A DNA stretch of 64,000 nucleotides from Epithemia pelagica (Eukaryota > Protista > Bacillariophyta), in the NCBI GenBank assembly GCA_946965045.2, contig OX337235.1:558001-622000 (forward strand), written 5' to 3'. A program made the translations under genes and the position numbers. Each line of letters starts with the position of its first letter. The stretch's first letter is position 1. Positions 1-12,800 of this stretch are shown in pieces. The notes below the pieces were generated by a model that searched no databases, was not told where the DNA came from, and saw only the letters and a list, made by a program, of their open reading frames with translations.

Positions 1-3000
1 ATAGAAGTCGCTTGTCGATGTTTCGAACGATATGCCATCGCCCACTTCGTCAAACTTGAAGTTAGACTCGCCATATACACTTGGAATGTAGACAAACCGA
101 TCAATTCCATACTTGGCCAAAACCTCTCTCTCGTAGAGACCCATTGCAGCGATGGTGCCTGATACACCCAGAATCCGTTTCGGTGATATGTTTGCATAGG
201 AGAACTGTCCGCATGAAATTGTCATTGATAGAACCTGCGCAAGCGTCAAATCTACATCACGTAATTTTCCTTTATCGGCTTCTTGAAGGTACGCAAACAT
301 CGTACAATATCCGTACGTCACATCGTATTCATACGTATCCATGATCTTGTACCCAATCCGATTTGAAATGGGGTCAAGGCGGTAGCGCGGTTCGTCGTTC
401 ACTTTTTTGACTTGGCTCATCATCAACACAATCTCATTGTCGATGATATCAGTGAACCTGGGGTATTTTCTGATCAAGTTTCGATAAGGCCCAGTAGCCT
501 TGACGTCGGATAGCCGAAGCTGGCCGCCGACGCTTTTATGTTCAACCCAAATATATTGAAGAATTTCAGTAACTTCTGTATCTCGAAGCTTCGCACCTTG
601 GTTGTATGTCTGTCCGTAGAAGTCCGAGCCAAAGAACACATCAAGCTCGTCAACAAGCAAGATTTCTTCCTCCTCTGGTTGTTCTCGTCTCCTTCCCGTC
701 TGTACTAGTTCGCCTCGTAGCATACTTTCGGTCATCCGACGTATGTCACCTTTCGCGGAGATGGTTTCCTCAGAAAATGTTGTTATCTTGGAGTAGTTGA
801 TGCGATCCAATAACTTGAAGATTGCGAATAGATCTTTAAAGAGCTCATAGTCACGAGTCGAAAGATAATCACTGTAGCAAACGCAGCGGACTCGATAGCC
901 AAGTAGAGCAAGAACGGTAGCAGTCGCGCCTAGAATAAGCGATTTCCCTTCTCCCGTTCGCACCTGCATAGCCTGGCTTTCCAACGAGAAACTCGTGGGC
1001 TCACCACATCCCAGCATACACAACAGCGTGAAGACTTGGATGTTATGAGGCTTCATCAATATCTTATTTCCCAGTCTTTCGTCCTCGATGCGGTTATAGC
1101 TAGTGCCAGATTTCAGAACAGTGAATACTGCAAACACACCTGCAAGGATCATGGGTATTTTCTTTTTCACCTCTGGACGCCAGCCTCCGATACAGTTCAC
1201 CGGTTTGAGTTCATTCGACATTCTGGTAACAATTTCAACAAGCCCGCTAGTATCAGCGTCATGTGGCAAAAATGTAGCAAGAAAGTTTTTAAAGGTCTCC
1301 TCGACCGCGAAGAAATTTGATAAAAGTTCATTTGAGTCAACAGAGAAATTGGCTGCCATATTCTCGGTGCAAGGTTTCACCTGAATTTGACGCACTGTGT
1401 CCTCACACGGTTTCTGACATGTTTCTTCATTCCAAACCATCGTGATCACCTCCCTAAAGTGGCTGAATTCGCCTAAATTCATGTGGCAAATGCGATTTTC
1501 GTCATCACTTGCATCTTGATCACCACGCTGCAATGATAACCCTAGCTCGAACAAGAAACTAGGGCCCCATCCGTACTGGAGACATGACTCTAACGAAGTA
1601 GACATTGTCAATTTGGTCAGTTCTCGGAAGTGTTGGAGATCGTCCATAACGGATCCCAGTCGGACAAGGTTTCTTCGAAAACCGATAACTTTTTGGTTTC
1701 CATTTGGATATTTTGCCAGCACCTGATGCAAACAATCTCCCAGTGACTCAATGCCCGATTCAATTTTGCTCAAAATTCCGGTCGTCCATGATGTTGGGAA
1801 AATATCAGCATGTGATTTCAAGCTAGTTTCAATTTTCTTCAAATCGATGATACTGTCGTTCAAAGCTTTGTATTTATGTTCTGCCCAGTTTGTTTCGACA
1901 TCAACTCTCACCCCATCCACATATTCTTTTACCAATCTAACGACTGCGTCATAAGTGGATCTTGATTCGTAAAGTGGTTCAACAAGGTCATCCAGCAACC
2001 GCAGGTCATGTAGCTTGAAAAGAAGATCGTCAATAAGGTCGTATCGTTGATCTCGTAGATATTCCTGAGCTTGCTCTCGCAGGCGAGTTCCCACGCCTCG
2101 AACTTGACTATCAAAGGGCTCACATCTACGACTACAGCGGCGATATTCCGCTCTGAGTAAACGAGTCCCGGCTTCTTCTTTGTCTCCGAGTTTTGCAGCG
2201 TTGAAGTATGAACTATTTCCAGGAACACACCGACTTTCAGCAGCGCATTCAATCAATCGCTGTTGAGTGGCTTCAATCTCAGCTAAAGAAGCTGAAGGAA
2301 ACAACCCCAAAAAAAAACAATCTTGTACACGCGTGGGCTCGCGGCCACAGCTGAAGTGATCAAACCAAAGAGAGTTAATTTTTTTGAGCCATGTATCAAC
2401 CACAAGACAATCATCTCTTTTTATCTCCTCAGAAAGGAGCACGAATCTTTCCACGAAAAAACAGATTTTTGTCCTCACAAGTTCAACCTGTTCCTTTATC
2501 TCTCTGAAATCCGTGGAGTTCATAAATAGCTTTTCCAAGTACGAAATTTTGTCCCGTGCCTTCGAGAAAACCAACTCATGCACCTTTGTCATACTCGCTT
2601 TGCCTGCATCAGATCCAGCAATCCAAGGAAGTTTGCGCACAAAATCGAGGTAAACAGGGAAAAGCGGGTCAAAGTTGTGAACGTCTCCATCTCTCAACGT
2701 ATCTTGAGCTTCGTGGCACAAAAGCAAAAACGTTTCCCGAGCAAGTCGCTCTAAATTCTGTCTCTTAGCGGATGAGTCGGCAATGTGCTTTCCCACTTTG
2801 ATTTCAATGAGACGGAGTTGATCAAAACTCGCCCGGGCAACGGCGAGATTTGTCCTAGTCTTTAGCGCATTTTTGCCATCTTCGAAGAATCGAATAACCT
2901 TTCGTTGCAGTTTGTCGCCGAGCCTGTTGTATGATTTGTCCCTGCCAAAACCTATTACGCCTGTCCACCATTGCGGATGCAAGCGTTCCAGTCTGTCTGC

Positions 3001-6000
3001 CCAAGCATTGAGCTTCGTTTCAGCAGTTGAACCTTCGTACTCAAGGTAATTGTCTTGCTGGATTTTCATCGAAAGCCATTCGTCACGCTGTCGTGTTGGA
3101 TCAAACTGAAGAATAGATGACACAATATGATTTCGTAAGCCAGAATTCAATTGGTGGATCAAACAGTCCATCCAGGAAATGGCCTCATCGAAACAATGGT
3201 GTTCTTCCACAGTACTCAAAATCCTGGTGTGGAAATCGTTTATTTCTCGGGTGAGGAGGACAACGGCGTTAGAGTAGTGAGCGGCCAGCTCGTCCAGCCG
3301 TGGTGTTTGGCAGTCACGAGCTTCTTGCAAGTTGTTGAGTTTTTTTAATAACAAGCTGCCTTTTTGTAGACCCGACGCGACAAAGTCGTCTACACTCTGC
3401 ATGACAGAGGTAAGCGCATCATCGAACTTTGAAAAAGCCTTAGTTTTGTTTTCCATGACATCTTTTGCAATGCAGCGAACGATAGTGGGGTGTAACAACT
3501 CGGTGATGTCCGATTTAAATCTTCCCAGCAAGACAAAATTTGAACACTTTGCCGCTGAATTCATTTCCCTCAGTTTGTTCGCAAAGGTGCTCGTCAACTG
3601 GTTGTTCAGGTTGTCGAGGGATCTTCGCAAAGAATGCCCTAGTTCACGAAGAAATCCTTGGAGTTTTCTTAGAGCTAGATCAAGAACTTCGATGATCACA
3701 GCAATTTCTTCTACCGTGCTCCTTGTGATAGCACTAATGGCGATTTGTCGATGCGCTCTATTCGCGAGATTGAAGAGAGACTCCGAAATCAGTTTACGGA
3801 AGCGAGAGACCTGATTTCCTCGTCCATTGTTGACATATTGTTCCACCAAATTAATCATTCCGGTGTAATCTTCGGCTTGCACTAGACTACGTATATCGGC
3901 ACCAACTCCAGTTTGATTTTGCTGTTGAAGATCTCGGAACATGCGTAATTTTGCACTTGCCTTGTGGTCAATGAATCGATCAATAACTGTGGCGTTCTCA
4001 AACAAGTTGATCTGACTGTTCAATCCTTTCCAGTCAACGGGCTCTTTAGAAGAGAGCTTCTGAAGTTCAGCTGCATGGTTTTCAACAGCAACGAGGGCTT
4101 TACGCTTCAACTCGGTAAAATCGTAAATGCACGTCACCTGATGGCTTGCAAGCGTTTCAGCGGCAGCTAATGAGAACTCCTTGGCCCGATATCGGCCCTT
4201 GACTTCCATTACCGATCCTAGCTGATCCGCAAAATGAGAAACGGTTCCAAGAATCAAATTGTAGCTATGATGGAGTTTCTCCTTGCATTTTGAATGGAGA
4301 GACATGACATCTTTGATTTCACCAAAACGGATCTCGATTTGTCTCCCCGCATTACATAGCGAACCATGTAGCTCTGTAGTCATGCCACCACATTCGTTCG
4401 TGTCTAATTGCTTCTTCCACTCCTTCGAAACCTTTTGCCAGATGACAAGATCGTCGTTCCCTCGTTTCTCAATTTTTCCAGCGTACTCTAATAATTGCGA
4501 AACAACATGACCCTCCCATGCAGTGAGCTCGTCGTCAAAAGCAATAATCTGAGAAAGCTCTGGAAGTAACCAAGTCCGAAGCTGATTGATGGAGGAAGAA
4601 GAATTATTCGTGTCTTGAAGTAAATCCGTGAGATGGCTATTCAAAGACGTTGAAATCAAATCGATTCGTTGACGGTATATGCTCTTCATGGAATGAAGTG
4701 AGTCAATAACGGAACATGCTCCGGGTGAACCGAACTCATCAAACCATTCAACGTTAGAAACTGAGGAGACATACTCCGCGTCAAGACATCCATTTGTGAA
4801 CCCTTTAGCGAACGTTTCTTCGGCTCTTCTTCTTGACGCGTTAATCAATAAAGTTATTTCAGCCATGACAGCATCTATGACAGACTTATAGTTCGAACGT
4901 ATTCCTTTCCATTCATCTCCTTGCAGGTCAGCAAAAAGGTCAACACTGGCCCGGAGATCATAAACACGTTGTTTCATCGTAGAGTCGCGAACATTACATA
5001 TCTTTTTCATCGAATCTGCCTCTAGTGCAAACTGTTCAGTAACAATACCGGCAAGCTGATCAAGCTTAACTTCCAATGCATCAATAAAAAAGGAAATGCC
5101 TGATGTTCGTTCAGCTGATCCCTTAGGAACTCGAGAGGATGAGCCTTTTGTGAAAGTGAGAAAAGGTTTTGCTGCTGCAAGTTAACCGGTCTATCGAGAG
5201 ACGGGGAATCACGAAGTGCTTTCATTCTCCTGTTAGCTTTGGCTCTTGCTGTATTAATCAAATCGACTGGCACTTCATGCATGGAAAGGTAACTTGAACG
5301 GCCTGAAATCGTTTCAAGGAGAAAAATACCTCGAACATAGCTCTGAATACATTCGTGTGGGACCATTGCAAGCTTCTCTGGATCGAATTCAGAGACTTCA
5401 TTACATGTCTCTTCAATCATGGATATGAATTTTGTTCGCGATGCATAATATAGAGGCTCAAGCTGTTCAAAGCTTTCAGCCCATAAGCGTAAGTTATGAA
5501 GAACAACGTGAAAGTTGTCGTAGTCGTCTTCTTTGGCCGTCTGGTCGTGGAAAGCGTGGACTTCATGTAGGATGTGTCCCCATGATTGGTCAGCCCGTAT
5601 ATCCGCTGACGGAACGAATCTGCCACAATGCCTTCTTCAGACAGTCAATGTTTGAGGTTGCAAACTTCATATTCGTCGAGGTGACTCGGGATGTTTCAGT
5701 TTCAACAATCTTGCAAAGGCGACGAGCATACTGAGTGAACAACCTCTCCGATTCCGCCACTGCATGGTGAACCGATTCAATTTCGATGTTATTAGAAAAG
5801 AAACGAAGGATTTCAGAAATAGCCCGCATGTCATTAACTTTGAAGTGTACTGGGTCGTTCAACAAAACCTGCAGCTTGCGCACCATCGAATTTAGTTCTG
5901 ACTCAAACTTCATTGAAAGATGCTGTGGCAGAACGCAAGTTCTTGAGGTAAACTTGTCTTCAAATGGTTTCATATTTTCTATTGTTAACCGAAGTTGAGC

Positions 6001-8586
6001 AAAATCCGTCTCCGTAGGATGGAGAATATCGACAATATGGTAGCGACGTTTGTTCGGATCGGTTTTACGCTTTCTCAAACATTTCACCATGTGGTCGACG
6101 ATAGTCGCCACATCACGATCATTCCTGCTAGTGCCGTTCAGGATCTGAACTAATTCTTCCAAGAGGAAATCTCGTGCATCTTGAATTTCTTCCGGAAATT
6201 TCTTAATCTGGTTGGTATGAGTGAAAAAGAAAGCGAAGCTTGCTTTATGGGACGAAAAATCTTGGACAAAGCTCCTTGTTAATCTGAGAACGGCTCTCAT
6301 CGAACCTCCTCGGTCCTCGAGCAACGACGTGTAGTTGATCAAAATTACAAACCGCAAACTTTTGCACCTTTTGACCACATGGTTTTTCATAACGGACGTG
6401 GCAACATCGACCTCCTGGCCACTCGTATCTTCAAACCCCGGGGAGTCAACAAAAGCAATCTGTGTATTCTTCGTTGTCGTTGATGTCAGGTACGCACGAA
6501 GGCATTTCGTTACTGACTCTTTACTGTGACCAATTTCAAACCCCGTCATCTCATCCTCAGCCTCGAACACGTCTTTCCCCACTGTCTGGCCCACATTAGT
6601 GATAGTCTTTCTCGTTAACTGACGGAGAGAAATACCGTTGATGAAGGTTGATTTGCCGCTCCCAGTCTTTCCCACAACCAAGACCACATCCCTGTTTGAA
6701 ACTTGTTCAAGGGCGGGTAGTCCGTTCTCGATGCATTCTCGCAAAAGTCCCATGTCGAAAGGCATCGAAATCGTGTATGTACCCAAGTCCCAACCATGTG
6801 GAATTCCACAATTACTTGATTCTGATTCGCTATCGGACCATCCGTCCTCAAGACTTCCCTCGTGCTCTCCGTGCACAGTGACTTCTATCTCCTCTATGAT
6901 AGATACTTCGTTCCCAGGTTGGGATGTTGGCGTTGAAGTTAACGGAATCACCTCCGTGTGAACACCGGTGACAGGAGCTTCTTGCACCGGATCCCCAGCT
7001 ACGCCGGAACTTTTGGGAAACACTGCATCCATGTTGACCAATCCATTCGGCGTTGACACCTCCCCCGCTTCAGCGAGAGCAACATTGAGGTTGCCGGGCT
7101 CCAAATGTCCGTCATCGCCGTTGTGATAAACAATATCTCGCTTCGACGTGAGAGCGTGCTGGTCTTCCGCACCTTTGTGCTGGACTTTTTGGGGATCAAA
7201 AACTACCGGTTTTTCCTGGGTAACCCACGCCCAACTCAGAGATTCAGGCTCAGCTGCAGCTTCGACGGCCGGTAAGACCACAGACGAATTGGGGCTGCTT
7301 TTAACAGCCTGGATTTTCCCATGTCCTCCAACATCAACATTACAAGACTGTTCATGACCAATCCTCAAGCCTTGGATTTCAGTTCCAGTTCCATCCGTAG
7401 CCTCAATCTCTTGCAAACCTTCCAATACAATCTCAGAGCGGGTGGATGACACGGCTTTTTCAGTCTCCTCGGATTGCTTCTCGGTACTAGTCCCGTCGTT
7501 ACTCACGCGTTCTGTCGCTTTTGTCAAACAGGCCAGATGGTCTTTGTGTGCCATCGCTCCACCACGAGCTTCGTGTTCGATTGCATCGGCAGTCGCTGGA
7601 GGCGGAACTTGATCGATGTTCGTCGAATCGGGCATTCCAAGTGAGTGCGCTTCAGTCATCGATTTTTCTTGATGCTTACCGGCATTCTCCGCACCGGCAA
7701 GACAAGTCCCTCCTACTGTTTTGTTCATCAGTGCTTCCTTTTTAGATTTCTCATTCGACCAGGGCTCCTCCAACGTCATCGGGTTTGTACCAAGTTCACC
7801 GGGAGTACCATCGTCGTTATCATGGTTCCAAACTTGAGGAGCCGGCTGCAACCCATCCTGTTCAGAGCAAAAGGTTTCCTTCGGCATGAGGACAACACTA
7901 CCCTCTACAGTCTCAATATGGTTTGGATCTCCGTGAGCCCAATCTTCACCATCCAGTTCCTTGCGGTACCCGGAATCAACAACCAAAACTTCCTCCTTTT
8001 CCTGGATAAAACCAGTCTTGGGTACATTCACAGTGCTGACGCCAACTTGATCCACATCCATTGCTAGCACTGTCTGGCAAAGATGCCCGTTTTCAACAAG
8101 CACTTTTGCTGGAGTGGGCGAATCAATCTCCATCTGCACGGGGTGCTTCCATGCCGGACCCTTGGCCGTTTTCTTCGGGATCTCCTTCTGGTCACCCTCC
8201 ATCACATCGTTGCCAAGAGGCGCTTCCTTCAATCCAACCTTGTTCCACGACAACAACTCATGCCCCTCGCAACCATCACCACCACCAAGTCCAGCATCAC
8301 CATCAGATGCCTTGGCACCAGACATTTCCATCGTTTCCCAATCATTACCATCCGAACGGATCGGGGGTTTTGATTGGCCCACAATGGACTTACAATCAAC
8401 TGTTTCCAACACACCTTTTCCACCGTCTTTCTCCTCTACTTTCATCGTCACATCACCGCCAACCGTCGTAGCCGTGTCCTCCGTACTGGACAAGTCGTCA
8501 TCGTCGAGGCCGACATGGAGGAACGAGTTCTTCAACTTCATGATACGAGGATGCGTCGAATGTACTTTGCATATCTCTTCACACAC
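1..8586 (-). pseudogene. Paralog A of the giant GTPase / SecA-like ATPase family; frameshifted (pseudogene or assembly indels); runs off the left edge
   Basis: The 998-aa ORF 8586-5590 has G1 VGKTGSGKST, DSPG and THTN. After a +1 shift near 5600 the frame HEVHAFHDQT...MIEETCNEV...AHPLEFLRDQLNEHQAFP aligns with paralog C. After a -1 shift at the A6 run (5086-5091) the original frame resumes. Spot translations in that frame give QVRTGEGKS (about 940-965) and FKFDEVGDGISFETSTSDFY (1-60). No stop-terminated minus-strand ORF is listed in that frame, which is consistent with it running off the edge. Confidence 0.85.
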
Positions 8587-9893
8587 AAGAGGGACTCAAT
8601 CTTAGTTTGTTTTTGACACACACAAACAAGATTTTGTGGCAGCCTGAACGCGAGACACACACTCTTTTTTGCCCGAACCCCAAAAGATCCAAAAGATCTT
8701 TTGGCTTCCACAGCCAATCAACATCCATGGAATTCTGACAGCTGTCCGAAATGGTACAGACCGTTCCTTGCATTCGCAAAATGTTTTAACAAGGTGCCTT
8801 ATTCGTCAAACTGGTACACAGTTCCTTGGATTTTTTCGCCACATTTTATAACGGTATCTCATTGGCCCAACCGGGGAATCCATCTCACGGGAAAATCCGT
8901 GAACTGGCAGTCGCCGATTTTTCGCGCCGTTGTTCATCGATCATCTGCAGCCGGAAGCACACCACTTGCCGTTTCCGGTCTATGTGTCAGTCGAAATTCC
9001 GTTCAAGATTTTAACGAGGCTTCTTATTGGTCCATCCGAGTAGGTCACTGGAAAACCCTGCTCAGTTTCTTTTTTCGCAAACGACAACACCAGTGACCTC
9101 AAGGTAGTGGATCGGGACCACGAGAGAGATTCAGTGGACGACTTCCCAGAAACGCTCAGTCGACCCACTTCCCAGAATCGAAAGGTAAACCGCGAGAGTG
9201 CATCGCTGCTTCATTCAAACTGTTCTCGAAAACGAAAGATTCCAAGAGACAGAGATCATGATCAACCATCGGGTTGTTCTTTTGGGGACAACTGTGGTCT
9301 TTCTCTTGTTGTAACGAGAACACCACACATTGTCAGCGAAACAGACGGCTGAAAGTTCATGGTGCATCAACCACACACACGACATGCAAAACCACACACG
9401 AATGTCATCTCTGCAGAGCGCCGTGCGGAGGAGAGGGTGTGCGTGCTCGGTAGGGCATGCGCGCGACCGGCCCGACTGCGCCTGGAATGCGGGTACCCGC
9501 AAGAGTAAGAGCGGGGCTACCGTCTGCACGTCGCCACACCAAACGAATAACGACCCCTTTTTCGTTGATGTAGCAGACATAGCGGAGCTTTCCCCTATTT
9601 TAAGTCGTTTCTACTCCTAGAGAGTTTCTTCAGTTATTTTACGACAACACTAATGATAGATTGCTTCAGTCCAATCGGCCCAAAGCCAAATGGTAGAATG
9701 TCAAACCGTCACTCGACGAAGGCGACCGAGAGCGAAAGAGGGCATGACTCACAATGTCAATCAAGAGGACAATCCAATACTCTGCTCCGTCGCAAGATGT
9801 GGTGCGCCGAGGTCGGTATGAAGGAAAACCACTATGCATCATCTAGACTTTTATTGGACTGAGCTACGCACAACGTTGAATTGAAATACAGAG

Positions 9894-12800
9894 TTACATG
9901 AATTCCAGGGCAAGTTTGTTGCCAACGGCCTCGGAGACTCGTTTTCCGATTTCGGCCTCGAGGAGCCCAGCCACATTTGCACCACCCGCGATCTCTTGAA
10001 AAACTTTCGCAAGGTCGGACGTATCCGTACTTGCCTTAACCTTACCAATCGGTGAAGCAGCGGCTATTTGTCCGAGCTGAGATTGGTCAGCATAGGGGCT
10101 GAATGCAATCACATGCAGCTCAAGATCACTGCCAGTAAGTGCCTTGATATCATTGTTCAAATCAGAGAAATGCGATGCCGCTTGCGGAGCATCGTTTGCG
10201 CAACCATCGCTCATGAAGACAATAACAGGAACATGCGTCGATGGAGAAGCCTTAGCCACATTGTAGGCACTCAGTGCAGCTGGACTGAAGTTCGTTCCGC
10301 CATCATGATAGTAGAGATCTTTCGGCGCCGATCCGATGGGGCTTAGGCTCACCGTGACTTCGGCTTCATGTGAAAACTGGACAACAGACACAAGGTCGGA
10401 CTCGCACTGATACTGCTGGCGGCGCGCGATGTACTGATTGTATGCGATCACAACTCCAGACCAGTCATCGTACATAGAACCTGACTGGTCAAGAACGAAA
10501 ATGATGTGTCGATCGTAGTTCACCGATGGATCATGAGCACCTGGATGTTTGGAAGTAGGTACGAGAGGGATAGTCGTCACCTCACGTTGGTCCTTATTAC
10601 GGGGATGATCTCGGTATGTCTGGGATAATTCCTGCTCTGTCTTCAACGTGGACGCAGGGTTGAATGAACACATGAACAAATCAATCCCCTTGGAAACAAG
10701 TCCATCAACAACACTATCAACCGTCAATCCAAGAGGATGCCGTGAAGAATAGTTGTCTGAATTCTGACCACTCGCAAAACCTGGATCCGTCAAACCATGT
10801 GCCGCGGCGTCCGTGAGAACCATTATGAACTTGAGTCTTGAGGCCCAGTCTCCCGGGCCGCTCCAATGCGCACACCGATCAAGAGCTCCTAGAATATCTT
10901 CCGCCAAGTCGCCACCACCTGAAGAATGTTTAGTATTACGTTCCACAAAACGAATTGCCTCGTCGGCGCTGTCGGTGAAATGGCTCTTTGAGTGCCATGT
11001 ACTTTCTGTGAATTGCTTCGCCTCGTCATCTATGTCGCGAAAAGCCATAACTGCAGTACGGAATGTAAACTCCGTGTCAGGGTAGTTGGCCTGGAGACGC
11101 CCCATGACTGCTCCCCGCTTGTCAATCAGTGTGTGGATAGTCGCCGCAATGGCAGACTTGTACGGCCCCATGCTTCCGGTGACATCAATCAAAAACGCGA
11201 TGTCAATATCAGTGTTTGCAGCGAGTGCCTGTGTTTTCATTGAAAAATATAACTCTTTGAATAAGTCCTGTGCTTTCCGCGAGTCACCTTGGATGAGAGC
11301 GTCAAAGTACAGGTTTGTGTTCTGGTCTTTCTCGGTGGCGTCTTGGAGATTCACGTCCATCACATGACAATGACTTTCATGTTTCTTCGCACGGGCACTG
11401 GAAAGCCATTCATACATATCCTTTTTGGCAACAGTGTCTTTCGCGCCAATCTCAACGCCAAAATGAGTTTTCAGGTCAGATTCAAGCAATACCATTTGAT
11501 AGGATCCTTCCTTTCCTTGTCGAGATGTTCGTCCTCGGATCTGGAGTTCCTCGCTTAGAGCTTCCGACAAAAACGCTTGGACAACGTGCACGCCACCATT
11601 CTTATGCACCACATCGTCCTTGCAAAAGAAATCAGTGCCTCGACCAAACGAGGCCGTGCACAACGTGGTCTGACCAGCCGTCGCAGCTTTCTTGACAACA
11701 AACTCTTTGTCATTCGCACTCATATCCTCTGTCAGCAATCGAACTTGACGACGATCAAACTTCTTGAAGAACGAACTTCGTTTGTATTCTTGTAAGCGCA
11801 AATTATCATGAAAGAACACGATCGCAGCCCTCCTTTGTTTCGTCACATCGAGAATGACATCCGTGATTTTGTGAAAGAAGTCGCTAACAGATGGTTCCAC
11901 GAATATTCCATCTCCAGCCTTATCAAAATCGAAATTGGACTTCCCATAGACACTCGGAACGTAAATAAACCGTTCAATCCCATATTTCGCCAAAACATCG
12001 TGTTCATATTGACCCATTGCCGCAACGGTTCCAGAGACACCTAGAATTCGAAGCGGGCTGATACTTGCATAGGAAAACTGACCACATGACACGGGCATTG
12101 CAAGAACATTCGCCAGTCTTGTCTCGGCATTCTGCAGTTTTCCCTTGTCGGCCTCCTTGAGGTATGCAAACATCGTGCAGTATCCATAAGTAACATCGTA
12201 CTCGATTGTATCCATAACTTTGTACCCAATTCTCCCTGTCACTTCGTCAAGGTGGTATGGTTCCTCGTCAACCCTTTTAACTTGGTCAATCATCAACAAA
12301 ATTTCGTTATCGAAAAGATAAGTAAAGTCAGGATACTTTTTCACAAGATGCTGGTATGACTCGATGCCTTGTATATCCGCAAGTTTCAGTTTCTGTCCTA
12401 CTCGCTTGCTGTTGGTCCAAATGAACCTGAGTATCTCAGCGATTTCGTCTTCTTGCAACTGATAAACCTGATTATATGTTTGTCCGTAAAAGTCGGAGCC
12501 AAAGAAAACATCAAATTCATCCACAACCAAAATCTCCTCGTCAAGCCTGCCCTGCTCATTCTTTCCAGTCTTGCAGCCTCTTGAAGACAAACTTCCCTTC
12601 AATAGACTTTCTGTCAAGTTGCGGATGTCGCCTTTTGTTCTCGTACAATCTTCCGAAAGTTTCGTAATCTTGGAGTAAGTTATTCTATCGGCCAACTGGA
12701 AATACCCAAACAAATCCTTGAATAACTCAAAGTCACGATTTGAAAGATACTCGCTGTAGCAAACGCAGCGAACGCGGAAACCAAAAAGCGCCAGTACAAC

